Positions 1 through 10,877 of a DNA stretch of 64,000 bases are shown piece by piece (the first letter of the stretch is position 1; the number at the start of each line of letters is the position of its first letter). The notes beneath the pieces were generated by a model. It saw nothing but the letters and a program-made list of their open reading frames with translations, did no database searches and had not been told where the DNA came from. Both the position numbers and the translations under genes were made by a program. Source of the DNA: Bacteroidota bacterium (GTDB lineage Bacteria > Bacteroidota > Bacteroidia > CAIKAF01). The stretch is taken from positions 3,144 through 67,143 of the forward strand of contig VGMT01000010.1 of the NCBI GenBank assembly GCA_016866335.1, written 5' to 3'.

Positions 1-28
1 TGGCAGGGCTTTGAGCCATGCTTTGGTC

Positions 29-352
29 TTAGTTCGCAGCCTCAGACAAACTGGCCGAGTTGTCCATTGAAATGGCCGATTTCTCGAACTTAATGTGGTT
101 TTTATCCACCATTTCTAAGGTAACAGTGGTATCGGTCATGTCTAGGATTTTCCCATGAATTCCCCCTATGGTTACCACCCGGTCGCCCTTTTTCAAGGCT
201 TCACGGAATTTTTTCTGGTCTTTGGACTTTTTCATTTGAGGACGAATCATGAAAAAGTAAAAGACAACCAGAATAAGACCTAGAAAGATAAACTGGGAGA
301 AATCTCCTTGGCCGCCGCCTGAGCCGCCGCCTAACATTAGAAATGGGTTCAT
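29..352 (-). CDS. yajC: Preprotein translocase subunit YajC
   Basis: Single TM segment, then FYFFMIRPQ..LKKGDRVVTIGGIHG motif; operon with nusB. Confidence 0.95.
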   Translation of the reverse strand: MNPFLMLGGGSGGGQGDFSQFIFLGLILVVFYFFMIRPQMKKSKDQKKFREALKKGDRVVTIGGIHGKILDMTDTTVTLEMVDKNHIKFEKSAISMDNSASLSEAAN

Positions 353-361
353 AGATTTGGA

Positions 362-865
362 TTAATGGTTGTGCCCTTCGTGGCTTTCACCGGGAGCGTG
401 GTTATGACCGGCATGGTCACCGCCTTCTTTGTCGCCGTTTGGATCAATGACTTGTCCAACCACATGAAGAACGGTTACGTTGGGTTCGGTATTGGCAGTT
501 AGGGTAACGGTTTGGGTGATTGGGCCACCTTTTTTATTGGTGCTATCAAACACCACCTTGATTTCACCTTTCTCGCCAGGTTTAATGGGGCCTTCGGGTT
601 TTGATGGAACGGTGCATCCACAAGAACCTTTTGCATCAGCGATCACCAACTGCTCGGAACCCGTATTGGTAAAGGTGAACGTGAATTCAGACTTTTCGCC
701 TTTTTGAAGGGTACCAAAGTCGAAGGTGTCCTTTTCAAATACCATAGTGGTGGTTTTTCCCACCAAATCCGCAGGGATTTCGGTGGAATCCGAATTGCCT
801 TTTCCGCCGCAGCCGGCAATGAGTAAGGAAGAAAAAAGAACCGATGAAAACAGAAAACGTACCAT
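362..865 (-). CDS. DUF1573-domain lipoprotein with His-rich tail
   Basis: Lipobox (LIAGC); FDFG..FTFTNTG..SCGCT motif; sits between nusB and yajC. Confidence 0.85.
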   Translation of the reverse strand: MVRFLFSSVLFSSLLIAGCGGKGNSDSTEIPADLVGKTTTMVFEKDTFDFGTLQKGEKSEFTFTFTNTGSEQLVIADAKGSCGCTVPSKPEGPIKPGEKGEIKVVFDSTNKKGGPITQTVTLTANTEPNVTVLHVVGQVIDPNGDKEGGDHAGHNHAPGESHEGHNH

Positions 866-895
866 GAGATTAGAATTTATGTTTGTGCAAAGATA

Positions 896-1840
896 TTAAG
901 CATCCAGCAAACCTCGGCCGGTTTTTTTTATTTTTCCTGAAGCTGAAAAATCAGCCACCAGTTTATCTAAAATACCGTTGATAAAGGTTTTGCTTTTGGG
1001 GGTAGAAAAGTGTTTTGAAAGTTCAATGTATTCGTTCAATGTAACCTTAACTGGAATGCTTTGAAATTCAACCAATTCGGTTAAGGCAAGTTTCATGAGC
1101 ATCAAATCCATGATGGCAATACGGTCCAGTTCCCAGTTTTTCGCTTTTTCTTGGATGGCCTCTTGGTATTGGTCGTTATGCAGAATGGCCTTTCTAAACA
1201 AATCAACCATAAAGGCTTTGTCGTCTTTTTCGTCTTTGTAGAGTTTTTCCAACTTCAGTTTTCCCTTTTCGCCCAACGATTTCATTGTTTTCATTAGGGA
1301 GTTGTTGACCACATACAGGTCATCGGACCAGTGAATGTTAATGGATTCATAAATGGATTCGAGTATTTCTTCCTGAAAAACCTCTTCGGTATAAATAGAA
1401 ACCAAAGCCTGATGGTGCTGTTCCATGCTAGGGCTCGTCAAGGCCATGTATTCTAAAAAGGCTGAATTTTTTTTGATTTTTCTCCATAGTTTATGGATTT
1501 CTTCTTGATAGGCAGACCAACTCACCTTGTGGTGGGACAACAATTGCAAAAAATCTGGATTTTCCGACATTGTTTTCAAGTAAGGATTGTCCAAAAAAGC
1601 ATTGCTGTCTTTTAAATCTTCTGGGCTTGGAATATTTTTCTTTTTCCCGTCTTGCTTATCGAGCAAGGCCAAATGCCGAAATTCGGCCATCAGCGACAAC
1701 TGATACAAATACAGGCGGTAAATTTCTTCGGCCGACTCCACCATATACTTTTCGGCGGCGGGCACATTGGTTAATCCCGACTGCAAATAGCCATAGAGTG
1801 CTTGCAAAACCTTAACCCTGATGTGCCTTCTATTCAACAT
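896..1840 (-). CDS. nusB: Transcription antitermination factor NusB (long Bacteroidota type)
   Basis: MLNRRHIRVKVLQALY start; IPVKVTLNEYIELSK..FINGILD C-terminus. Confidence 0.93.
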   Translation of the reverse strand: MLNRRHIRVKVLQALYGYLQSGLTNVPAAEKYMVESAEEIYRLYLYQLSLMAEFRHLALLDKQDGKKKNIPSPEDLKDSNAFLDNPYLKTMSENPDFLQLLSHHKVSWSAYQEEIHKLWRKIKKNSAFLEYMALTSPSMEQHHQALVSIYTEEVFQEEILESIYESINIHWSDDLYVVNNSLMKTMKSLGEKGKLKLEKLYKDEKDDKAFMVDLFRKAILHNDQYQEAIQEKAKNWELDRIAIMDLMLMKLALTELVEFQSIPVKVTLNEYIELSKHFSTPKSKTFINGILDKLVADFSASGKIKKTGRGLLDA

Positions 1841-1906
1841 ATTGTGTGCAAATTAACCCTAAGAACGAAGAAATGAACGAAAAGAAAAACGGAAAAAGAA
1901 GGGGGC

Positions 1907-3007
1907 TTATCCTCGAGTACGAATACCGGCAATGGCATCGATCCGGCGTTGAGCGAAATTTATGGCAACATTCCCACTAAAGGTATTGTTGTCGCGGGCC
2001 TCCGTCAGAATCGAACCGCAAACATCGTAAATAAACTCTGCCTTTTTCATGGCAGCGTCTTTGGAATAACCTTCCAATTCACCGTTTACATTGATTAATC
2101 CTCCTGAGTTGATTAAGAAATCAGGAGCGTAGACCATGTTCCGATCCAGCATCTGCTGTCCGTGTTTTTTCTCAGATTTCAACTGATTGTTGGCTCCCCC
2201 GGCAACAATATCGCAGCGCAGGGTGGACAAGGTATCGTCGTTTAAGATTCCGCCCAATGCGCAAGGAGCAAAAATATCCATGTTGGTGCTGAAGACCTGA
2301 TCGGCAGCAACCACCTCAACCGAAGGCTGACGTTGTTTGATGGCTTGAATTTTATCTTCAAAAATATCCGAAACCTTAACCTTGGCCCCTTCTTTAATCA
2401 AGTTGTCAATCAAATAGCTGCCTACATGGCCAGCGCCTTGAACCAAGATGGTTTTACCTGAAAGCGAATCGGAGCCATAGGCAAATTTGGCCGAAGCTTT
2501 CATTCCCATGTACACCCCATAAGCTGTAACAGGCGAAGGGTCTCCACTGCCCCCCAAATGTTCAGGCAAACCAGTAACGAATGAAGTTTCTGCGTGGATG
2601 TATTCCATATCGCGGGTTGACATACCCACGTCTTCGGCAGTAATGTACTTGCCGTTTAAGGACTGAACAAATTTGCCAAATCGGCGAAGCAGGGCCTCGT
2701 TTTTCAGCGAGCGGGCATCTCCGACAATAACAGCCTTACCGCCGCCCAGGTTCAACCCTGCAATAGAAGCTTTGAATGTCATTCCACGGCTTAGGCGCAA
2801 AACGTCTTCAACGGCATCTTCGAGCCTTTCGTAGGCCCACATGCGGGTTCCGCCTAGGGCTGGGCCTAAGGTTGTATTGTGAATTCCAATAATGGCTTTC
2901 AACCCTGTATGCTTGTCTTGGCAAAAGACCACTTGCTCATGGTCCATCGCAGACATTTGATTTAAAACATGGGTTGATTGAATTGAGGTTTCGGCAGCAA
3001 GTTCCAT
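1907..3007 (-). CDS. Glu/Leu/Phe/Val dehydrogenase (leucine dehydrogenase-like)
   Basis: GPALGGTRM, GGGKAVI, ITAEDVG, GDPSPVTAYGV and GANNQL motifs. Confidence 0.92.
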   Translation of the reverse strand: MELAAETSIQSTHVLNQMSAMDHEQVVFCQDKHTGLKAIIGIHNTTLGPALGGTRMWAYERLEDAVEDVLRLSRGMTFKASIAGLNLGGGKAVIVGDARSLKNEALLRRFGKFVQSLNGKYITAEDVGMSTRDMEYIHAETSFVTGLPEHLGGSGDPSPVTAYGVYMGMKASAKFAYGSDSLSGKTILVQGAGHVGSYLIDNLIKEGAKVKVSDIFEDKIQAIKQRQPSVEVVAADQVFSTNMDIFAPCALGGILNDDTLSTLRCDIVAGGANNQLKSEKKHGQQMLDRNMVYAPDFLINSGGLINVNGELEGYSKDAAMKKAEFIYDVCGSILTEARDNNTFSGNVAINFAQRRIDAIAGIRTRG

Positions 3008-3104
3008 TTGGGTGATTGATTAATTACCTTTGAGGCGGTTGTCGTTTGCTGCAAATGTAGATTTTTTCATCGGATTCAAAGGACACCCAAGTACATTTCA
3101 CCCT

Positions 3105-4889
3105 ATGAATGCCCTAGCAAGTTTAAATAGTTATTTGTGGAAATACAGAGGAAGGTTGGCACTGGGGCTACTTTTCGTTGTTGGTTCTAACCTTTTTGCT
3201 GTGTTTCCGGCAGGCTTGATCCAGGAGTCCATCGACTTGGTTAGCAGCTATTTAACCGAAATAAAATCAAACCCTACCACCACCAACACCCAGGATTTTT
3301 TTCAGGTTTTGGTTCGTTTATCGTCCTTGATTTTTCTTTTCGCCTTGTTTAAAGGCATTCTACTGTTTATGGTTCGGCAAACCATCATTATTACTTCGCG
3401 TTGGATTGAGTACGACTTAAAAAACAAGGTTTTTGGGCACTACCAAAAAATGGATTTGGGATTTTTTCGGCGGCATGCCACCGGCGACCTCATGAATAGA
3501 TTGTCTGAAGACATAAGCAATGTACGCATGTATTTGGGGCCGGTAATCATGTATGGCCTTAACACCATTGTTCTGTTTGTTTTGGTTTTGGTTATGATGC
3601 TTAAAAAAAGTCCATTTTTAACCCTATTGGTTTTTGTCCCCATGCCCCTGCTCTCGGCTTTGGTTTACTTTGTCAACAAACGAATTTTAATCCAATCCAC
3701 AAAAGTCCAAGAGGCCTTATCTTCCATTAGCTCGTTTGTTCAAGAATTTTTGTCGGGCATACGAATTGTAAAATCCTATGGCAGGCAAGAAGAATTTGAA
3801 GGTAGATTTGAAAATCAAAGCGAGGGGTATCGATCTGAGGCCGTTCGGCTCATGATTATAAATGCTGTTTTTTTCCCACTCATTCTATTGTTGATTGGCA
3901 TAAGCACTATTTTGGCTGTAGGAGTTGGGGGCTGGGAGGTGTACCAACAGCGCATAAGTCCTGGTGTAATTGCCGAATTCATAATCTATGTAAACCTTTT
4001 GACCTGGCCGGTAGCTTCTCTAGGCTGGATTACTTCTATTTGGCAACGTGCAGAGGCCTCGCAACAACGCATCAATGAATTTCTGAACACCCAATCCAGT
4101 TTACAGGATGGCGAACTTCAGGTTGACCCCAATCAATTTGTATTGGAATTTCACCATGTTGATTTCACTTACCCTGAAACAGGGATTCAGGCCTTAAAAT
4201 CGGTTTCCTTTAGGCTTGAATCAGGGCAGGTATTAGGGATTACAGGTAAAACCGGCTCAGGAAAATCAACCATAGCCTTATTAATGATGCGGTTTTATGA
4301 CCCAAGCAATGGGTGTATCCGTTTAAATGGAAAAGACATTAAGGAATATTCGGTCGCCTCTCTACGTTCGGTTTTTTCTTTTGTACCTCAAGATGTTTTT
4401 CTTTTTTCAGATACCATTGAAAACAACATTCGATTTGGAGCTCAATCCACAGACGATCAAACGGAAGAAGCCCTAATCTATGCTTCAACCCAGGCTGGCT
4501 TGCATCAAAACGTGATGGAATTTTCGGAAGGCTACCAAACCCGATTAGGGGAACGGGGAGTAACCTTAAGCGGCGGGCAAAAACAACGCAGCAGCATTGC
4601 CCGAGCCTTATTTAAAAAAGGAAATTGTTTGATTCTTGACGATGCCCTTTCGGCAGTCGATACCAGTACAGAGCGAGAAATTCTTGACAACCTTAAGCAA
4701 TTGAAAGGCCATGCCTCAATGGTTTTAATTTCGCATAGGGTCTCTACCCTACTGCCCGCACAGCTTATTTTGGTGTTGGACCAAGGGGAACGGATTGAGT
4801 TCGGAAGCCCCTCGGAATTGATTCAATTGAAAGGCCTGTATTTTCAATTTGTGGAGCAACAAGGCGCCAGCCGAGTTTTAGAATCCTAA
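3105..4889 (+). CDS. ABC transporter, fused permease/ATPase
   Basis: N-terminal TM helices; Walker A GKTGSGKS; LSGGQKQR signature; LILDD. ATG at 3105 preferred over the upstream TTG. Confidence 0.92.
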   Translation: MNALASLNSYLWKYRGRLALGLLFVVGSNLFAVFPAGLIQESIDLVSSYLTEIKSNPTTTNTQDFFQVLVRLSSLIFLFALFKGILLFMVRQTIIITSRWIEYDLKNKVFGHYQKMDLGFFRRHATGDLMNRLSEDISNVRMYLGPVIMYGLNTIVLFVLVLVMMLKKSPFLTLLVFVPMPLLSALVYFVNKRILIQSTKVQEALSSISSFVQEFLSGIRIVKSYGRQEEFEGRFENQSEGYRSEAVRLMIINAVFFPLILLLIGISTILAVGVGGWEVYQQRISPGVIAEFIIYVNLLTWPVASLGWITSIWQRAEASQQRINEFLNTQSSLQDGELQVDPNQFVLEFHHVDFTYPETGIQALKSVSFRLESGQVLGITGKTGSGKSTIALLMMRFYDPSNGCIRLNGKDIKEYSVASLRSVFSFVPQDVFLFSDTIENNIRFGAQSTDDQTEEALIYASTQAGLHQNVMEFSEGYQTRLGERGVTLSGGQKQRSSIARALFKKGNCLILDDALSAVDTSTEREILDNLKQLKGHASMVLISHRVSTLLPAQLILVLDQGERIEFGSPSELIQLKGLYFQFVEQQGASRVLES

Positions 4890-5031
4890 AATGGGTGTGT
4901 GGCAAAGGGTATTTTTAACCTAAAAGTCAAAAATAGAAACCATTGGTAAACCATTAGGTAAGAAAAAGGAACATTTTTGTGGTTTGGGAAATCCTTTTAA
5001 TTATATTTGGTTTGTAAACCAGCCATCGCTT

Positions 5032-5382
5032 ATGGAAGACAATTACCGAAACAACCAGAACGAACGCTTCTCTAAGTCAGTTCGTGCGGGCAAAAGAACC
5101 TATTTTTTCGATGTTAAGGCCACCCGAGATGAGAACCTTTTCATTACCATTACCGAGAGCAAACGCCGGCCAAGGCCCGATGGTTCTTTCTTTTACGAAA
5201 AACACAAATTGTTTTTGTACAAAGAAGATTTAATCAAGTTTTCTGATGGGCTTCAAGAAGCTTTGGATTTTGTTCGTGAAAACAACCCTACCCCAGTTGA
5301 AGAACAAGTCTATACCCCAGGAAGAGATGGCGAAAATCGGGATACCGATTATCCAGATGTCCGATTCGAAGACTTCGAATAA
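5032..5382 (+). CDS. DUF3276 / PUR-like nucleic-acid-binding protein
   Basis: FSKSVRAGKRTYFFDVK..ITITESK..EKHKLFLYKED motif. Confidence 0.88.
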   Translation: MEDNYRNNQNERFSKSVRAGKRTYFFDVKATRDENLFITITESKRRPRPDGSFFYEKHKLFLYKEDLIKFSDGLQEALDFVRENNPTPVEEQVYTPGRDGENRDTDYPDVRFEDFE

Positions 5383-5461
5383 GTTAAGTTCTTAACAAAT
5401 TGTCAACACAGGCCAAAAGCCTGTTGAGGGATTCGTAATTTTGACGTAATCCCTTTTTTTT

Positions 5462-8400
5462 ATGTCTTCAGGTCACTCTTTCAACCACCTTCATGTTCAT
5501 ACTCAATTCTCTTTGTTGGATGGAGCAGCCGATATTTCAAAGCTGTACGATAAAGCCATTGCCGATGGAATGAAAGGAATGGCCATCACCGACCATGGCA
5601 ACATGTTTGGGGTGTTTAAATTCGTGGCAGAAGCCTGGAAACGCAAAGATGGACAAGGAAATCCCTTAGTTAAACCCATTATTGGTTGCGAGTTTTACGT
5701 GGTTCAAGACCGACACCGCCAAAGTTTTTCCCGAGAAGAAAAAGACATCCGCTACCACCAGCTGATGCTGGCAAAAAACGAGGAAGGGTATCGAAACCTA
5801 TGCAAACTTACCTCCCTTGGCTACATGGAAGGAATGTATGGAAAATACCCCCGAATCGACAAGGAACTCATTCTACAATACCACAAAGGACTTATTGCCA
5901 CCACCTGTTGCCTAGGTGCCGAAGTGCCCAAGGCCATTATGCAAAAAACCGAGGAAGAAGCCGAAGCTGTTTTTAAATGGTGGCTCGATTTGTTCGGAGA
6001 AGATTACTACATCGAAATTCAACGGCATCACATTCCCGACCAAGAAAAAGTAAATGCGGTTCTACTTAAATGGGCCCAAAAATACCAGGTACCCCTCATT
6101 GCTTCGAACGACTCACATTATGTAAACCAACAAGACAGCAATGCCCACGACATTCTACTTTGCATAAACACCGGCGAAAAGAAAAGCACCCCAACCATCA
6201 AGGAGTTTGGCGACGACGATATGATGTCTAAAGGCAAGCGCTTTGCCTTCTACAACGATCAATTTTTCTTTAAAACCGGGCAAGAAATGGGTCAATTGTT
6301 TAAAGACCTGCCCCAGGCCCTGGAACGAACCCAAGAAATTGTCGACAAGGTTGATACACTTAACCTTGAAAAGCAAATTCTGCTTCCCAATTTCCCCATT
6401 CCCGAGGGGTTTGCAAATCAAGATGCTTACCTGCGCCACATTACCTTTAAGGGAGCAAAAGAACGCTACGGAGAAATCAGCGCCGAAGTGGAAGAACGGT
6501 TAAATTTCGAACTGTTCACCGTTGAGCAAATGGGCTTTGCCGGCTATTTTTTGATAGTATCGGATTTTATTGATGCCGGCCGTAAATTGGGCGTACTGAT
6601 TGGCCCCGGTCGGGGTTCTGCCGCCGGTTCGGCCGTGGCGTATTGCATTGGAATCACCAACATAGACCCCATCAAATACGATTTGCTGTTCGAACGTTTC
6701 CTAAACCCCGAACGCAAAAGCATGCCCGATATCGATACCGATTTTGATGATGCCGGACGCCAAAAGGTGATCGATTATGTGGTAGACAAATACGGGAAAA
6801 ACCAGGTCGCTCACATCATTACCTACGGCTCTATGGCCGCAAAAATGAGCATCAAAGACGTAGCTCGAGTCATGGATCTTCCCATTTCTGATTCGAATGC
6901 CCTCTCTAAATTGGTACCTGAAAAACCAGGCATTTCGTTAAAACGGATTCTTAGAGCACCTGAAGACGGGAAAGATGGCCTTAAAGACAACGAAAAACTC
7001 TCGGAAGACGAACTGAAAGGCGTACGCGAATTAAGAAAGCTGCTTTCTACTCCAGGCCTAAACTCCGATATTCTCAAAGAGGCCGAATTGCTGGAAGGAA
7101 GTGTACGGAATACCGGAATCCATGCCGCAGGGATTATCATTGCTCCTAGCGATTTAAACGACCTGATTCCCGTTGCAACGGCAAAGGACACTGATTTGTT
7201 GGTTACCCAATACGACGGATCAATCATCGAAAATGCAGGAGTCATAAAAATGGACTTCCTTGGACTTAAAACCCTGAGCATTCTAAAGTATGCCATTGAA
7301 TTAATCCAAGAAAACCATCGGGTTACTATCGACCTAGACAGCATTCCCCTTGACGACAGCAAAACCTTTGAGCTGTATCAAAAAGGGGAAACCAACGCCA
7401 CATTCCAATTTGAATCGGTGGGAATGCAGAAATACTTGCGTGAGCTAAAACCCGATAAACTTGAAGATTTAATTGCCATGAATGCCCTGTATCGACCAGG
7501 GCCAATTGAATACATTCCGGAATTTGTGGCCAGAAAACACGGCCGAAAATCCATTGTGTACGACCTTCCTGATATGGAAGAATTCCTGAATGAAACCTAT
7601 GGAATTACTGTTTATCAGGAACAGGTTATGCTTTTGTCGCAAAAACTCGCCGGTTTTACCAAAGGCCAGGCCGACACCCTGCGAAAAGCCATGGGGAAAA
7701 AGCAAAAAGCCGTTCTTGACCAACTTAAAGGCCTTTTCATGGAAGGTTGCGAAAAGAACGGTCACCCTGCAAAAGTTTGTGAAAAGGTTTGGACCGATTG
7801 GGAGGCCTTCGCCAGCTATGCCTTCAACAAATCGCATTCAACCTGCTATGCCTACGTAGCCTACCAAACCGCCTATTTAAAAGCCCATTATCCTGCCGAA
7901 TACATGGCCTCGGTGTTGTCAAACAATTTGAGCAACAGCGACAAATTGATTTTCTTCATGGAAGAATGCCGCAGAATGGGCTTAACCATTCTAGGTCCCA
8001 ACGTGAACGAATCCATCACCAACTTTTCGGTAAATGCCAACGGCGAAATCCGTTTTGGCCTAGGCGCCATAAAAAACGTGGGCGAAGCCGCCATGGAAGG
8101 CATCATTCAAGAACGGAAGACCAATGGCCCCTTCAAAGATGTGTTTGATTTTCTGACCCGTGTAAATTTGGGAGCGGTAAATCGCCGAGTAATCGAGAAC
8201 CTTGCCTTGGGTGGAGCCATGGACAGCATCCCCCCTCTGCACCGTGCCCAGTATTTTGAAGAAGAAAACCCAGGAAGCGGCCCCTTTATTGAACGGCTGG
8301 TGCGCTGGGGAACCTCATACCAAAACCAGGTTAAAAATGCAGCTCCTAGCCTATTCGGAGAAACCAATACCACCGAAATAGCCTTTCCCAATCCTCCCGA

Positions 8401-9058
8401 TTGCAGCCCATGGAATCCGCTTGCCCAACTAAAAAAAGAAAAAGAAATCACCGGTTTTTACCTTTCTGGCCACCCCCTTGATGATTTTAGCTTCGAATTG
8501 AAAAGGTTTTGCAACAGAACCCTGTCTGCACTTGAATCTCTTCAAACTCTTCAAGGACACACAATTACGGTTGGAGGGATTGTAGGCGAAGTGACCCATA
8601 GAACCACTAAAACCGGCAAGCCCTTCGGAATTTTAAACCTAGAAGACCTTACCGGCAACATTGAAATTGCCCTTTTTGGCGACGATTATCTAAAGTTCAA
8701 GCCTTATTTGGAAACAGGATTGTTCGTTTTTGTTCGTGGTTTGATTCAACCCCGATTTCGAGATTCAGACCAGTTGGAATTTAAGGTACAGCACATGGAA
8801 TTGCTGAACGACTTAAGGGCAAAGCGTCTCAAAGAACTGCATTGTTCCATTAAATTGGAAAACGTGAATTCGGAACTTATTTCTTCTTTATCGGCCTTAG
8901 CCAAGGAACACCCTGGAGAAACTCAAATACGCCTTCGTGTTTCGCATTCCGAAGCAGAAATGGTCGTTTTTCTTGAGTCAGCTAAGCTGTCGGTAAATCC
9001 TGAAGATGTGGTTTTCGAAAAGCTGCAGGCCATTCCTGGCCTAAGCCTTAATTTATAG
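5462..9058 (+). CDS. dnaE: DNA polymerase III alpha subunit
   Basis: PHP domain HLHVHTQFSLLDGA; GPGRGSAAGS; SMPDIDTDF; FNKSH; C-terminal OB fold; 1198 aa. Confidence 0.98.
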   Translation: MSSGHSFNHLHVHTQFSLLDGAADISKLYDKAIADGMKGMAITDHGNMFGVFKFVAEAWKRKDGQGNPLVKPIIGCEFYVVQDRHRQSFSREEKDIRYHQLMLAKNEEGYRNLCKLTSLGYMEGMYGKYPRIDKELILQYHKGLIATTCCLGAEVPKAIMQKTEEEAEAVFKWWLDLFGEDYYIEIQRHHIPDQEKVNAVLLKWAQKYQVPLIASNDSHYVNQQDSNAHDILLCINTGEKKSTPTIKEFGDDDMMSKGKRFAFYNDQFFFKTGQEMGQLFKDLPQALERTQEIVDKVDTLNLEKQILLPNFPIPEGFANQDAYLRHITFKGAKERYGEISAEVEERLNFELFTVEQMGFAGYFLIVSDFIDAGRKLGVLIGPGRGSAAGSAVAYCIGITNIDPIKYDLLFERFLNPERKSMPDIDTDFDDAGRQKVIDYVVDKYGKNQVAHIITYGSMAAKMSIKDVARVMDLPISDSNALSKLVPEKPGISLKRILRAPEDGKDGLKDNEKLSEDELKGVRELRKLLSTPGLNSDILKEAELLEGSVRNTGIHAAGIIIAPSDLNDLIPVATAKDTDLLVTQYDGSIIENAGVIKMDFLGLKTLSILKYAIELIQENHRVTIDLDSIPLDDSKTFELYQKGETNATFQFESVGMQKYLRELKPDKLEDLIAMNALYRPGPIEYIPEFVARKHGRKSIVYDLPDMEEFLNETYGITVYQEQVMLLSQKLAGFTKGQADTLRKAMGKKQKAVLDQLKGLFMEGCEKNGHPAKVCEKVWTDWEAFASYAFNKSHSTCYAYVAYQTAYLKAHYPAEYMASVLSNNLSNSDKLIFFMEECRRMGLTILGPNVNESITNFSVNANGEIRFGLGAIKNVGEAAMEGIIQERKTNGPFKDVFDFLTRVNLGAVNRRVIENLALGGAMDSIPPLHRAQYFEEENPGSGPFIERLVRWGTSYQNQVKNAAPSLFGETNTTEIAFPNPPDCSPWNPLAQLKKEKEITGFYLSGHPLDDFSFELKRFCNRTLSALESLQTLQGHTITVGGIVGEVTHRTTKTGKPFGILNLEDLTGNIEIALFGDDYLKFKPYLETGLFVFVRGLIQPRFRDSDQLEFKVQHMELLNDLRAKRLKELHCSIKLENVNSELISSLSALAKEHPGETQIRLRVSHSEAEMVVFLESAKLSVNPEDVVFEKLQAIPGLSLNL

Positions 9059-9458
9059 CGTAACGCTCGGCCAATTTTTTCAACAAATGCCCTAGGAATT
9101 GTTCCAAAGGCTTGGCCGCCATCATTTGCATAAAAGGGTTCATATCTGCCTGCACCTGCATTCCCACCTCAGTTTCCTGCGTCGAAATTGGGTTTAAATG
9201 CAGTTTTAAATCGACCGCAAAGGGTTTGTTGTCAACGGTTCTTAACGAAACGGCAGAGTTTGAATCGCCCGAAGAACAGCGCTCAAGTCCGATACGTCCC
9301 AGGTTGCCAAGCTTAAAAAAGCAGCGTTCAGAGCTGGCTTCAAACTGACTGACCGATTCAGGCATTAGGCCTTCCAGGTTTTGCAAATCTGAAAAAAAAG
9401 CCAAAACCTGATCGGCCGAGGCAGCCATGCTGCGTGGATGAATTGTTAAATTAACCAT
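9048..9458 (-). CDS. SRPBCC/START-like protein
   Basis: FFSDLQNLEGLMP..MNPFMQMMAAKPL pattern; overlaps the pyrE stop. Confidence 0.7.
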   Translation of the reverse strand: MVNLTIHPRSMAASADQVLAFFSDLQNLEGLMPESVSQFEASSERCFFKLGNLGRIGLERCSSGDSNSAVSLRTVDNKPFAVDLKLHLNPISTQETEVGMQVQADMNPFMQMMAAKPLEQFLGHLLKKLAERYAIN

Positions 9459-10095
9459 TGGGATTCCAATTTTCTGGATTTGAGCGCCAGGCCTGTAAGC
9501 CTTCTATTTCGGTAGATTGTATGCTATTTTCGGCGGTTGCCACCTGAATTAAATCGGCGTAGCTCGAAATGGTTTTCACTTGCACCTGATCTTCAGAAAA
9601 CCGATGTTCAGCCATATCAAAGCCATAGGAAAAAAGGGCGAGCATGTGCTGAACAGAGTGCCCAGCGCTGCGCAAGGCATGAACGGCCTCCAAACTGCTT
9701 TTGCCTGTTGAAATCAAATCTTCAACCACCAAAACGGGACCGGGAGGAATTTGCCCCTCTATTTGACTACCGGTTCCATGACTTTTAGGGGCAGACCTTA
9801 CATAAGCAAAGGGCAGATTTAAGCGTTCGGCCAACAAAACTCCGTGGGCAATTCCCCCCGTAGCTACACCGGCCACCGAATTAAATGGGGCATGAAACGA
9901 AAGAGCCAGTTGCTCCAAATTCAGAGCAATAAAGGCCCGCAGCTCAGGATAAGACAACGTTAAACGGTTGTCGCAATAGATGGGCGATTTCCAACCTGAG
10001 GCCCAAGTGAATGGGGTTTGCGGTTGCAAACGAATTGCCTTAATTTGCAGTAATTTCCGAGCAAAATCCTCGGAAGCAGTAGGAAAGTCGGACAT
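9451..10095 (-). CDS. pyrE: Orotate phosphoribosyltransferase
   Basis: FTWASGWKSPIYCDNR; PRPP motif VVEDLISTGKS. Confidence 0.96.
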   Translation of the reverse strand: MSDFPTASEDFARKLLQIKAIRLQPQTPFTWASGWKSPIYCDNRLTLSYPELRAFIALNLEQLALSFHAPFNSVAGVATGGIAHGVLLAERLNLPFAYVRSAPKSHGTGSQIEGQIPPGPVLVVEDLISTGKSSLEAVHALRSAGHSVQHMLALFSYGFDMAEHRFSEDQVQVKTISSYADLIQVATAENSIQSTEIEGLQAWRSNPENWNPNG

Positions 10096-10744
10096 GGCTC
10101 AAAAGTATAAAGTTTTTATCAACGCTTCGCGCTTGATTGCAATGGACAGCGAACTTCTGGAATTCGAACCCCAAGAAGGCTATGAACTGCTGAACTACAG
10201 CTCAAAAAAACAGCTGCAAGACCTGATTGAATCTCTTGAAAACAGCAAGGATTCCCGAGACGTGTGCCTGCACAGTTTAGACCTGCCGAAATTGTGGTTT
10301 GATTTAAAATCTATGTTCTCGGTCATCACTGCCGGCGGAGGCCTTGTAGAAAATCCAGAAGGTTCTTTGCTTTTTATTTACCGGCATAAGAAATGGGACC
10401 TTCCCAAAGGGAAAAAAGAAAAAGGAGAGAGCATAGAAGAATCGGCGATTCGTGAGGTGCAAGAAGAATGTGGACTGCAGCACGTTGTTTTAGGCCGAAA
10501 ATTAACCACCACCTGGCATACGTTTGGAAGTCCTGACAACCGAAAGTTAAAGAAAAGTGTCTGGTTTCACATGTACTCAGCCCAGCAAGAGCTCATTCCC
10601 CAACAGGAAGAGGGCATCAGTAAAATTCGGTGGGTAGAACCCGAGAGAGTGGCTAAAAAACTACAAAAAGCCTATCCCAGCATAACCGAAGTTTTGCAGG
10701 CTTACCATCGAATGCAGACGGTAATATCCACAAAACCCGAATAA
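10094..10744 (+). CDS. NUDIX hydrolase
   Basis: Nudix box GKKEKGESIEESAIREVQEECG; MAQKYKVF start at 10094. Confidence 0.9.
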   Translation: MAQKYKVFINASRLIAMDSELLEFEPQEGYELLNYSSKKQLQDLIESLENSKDSRDVCLHSLDLPKLWFDLKSMFSVITAGGGLVENPEGSLLFIYRHKKWDLPKGKKEKGESIEESAIREVQEECGLQHVVLGRKLTTTWHTFGSPDNRKLKKSVWFHMYSAQQELIPQQEEGISKIRWVEPERVAKKLQKAYPSITEVLQAYHRMQTVISTKPE

Positions 10745-10877
10745 CATAGGGCTAACATAGGCCCTCTGTTTCAGGAAAATGCCTCATTTATGGGGGCATA
10801 ATAATCTGAATTACAGTTTGTTGTCAATAAATAATTCAGAAGCCCTAAAATTTGATGAAAAGCAGTATTTTTGCCCC

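Noticed and set aside
5462..9058. Intein in dnaE
   Set aside because: Ordinary length and no splice or homing-endonuclease motifs seen.
9980..10093. N-terminal extensions in the ORF track (NUDIX; likewise 18478-18732)
   Set aside because: They overlap well-supported genes, and downstream ATGs give family-typical starts.
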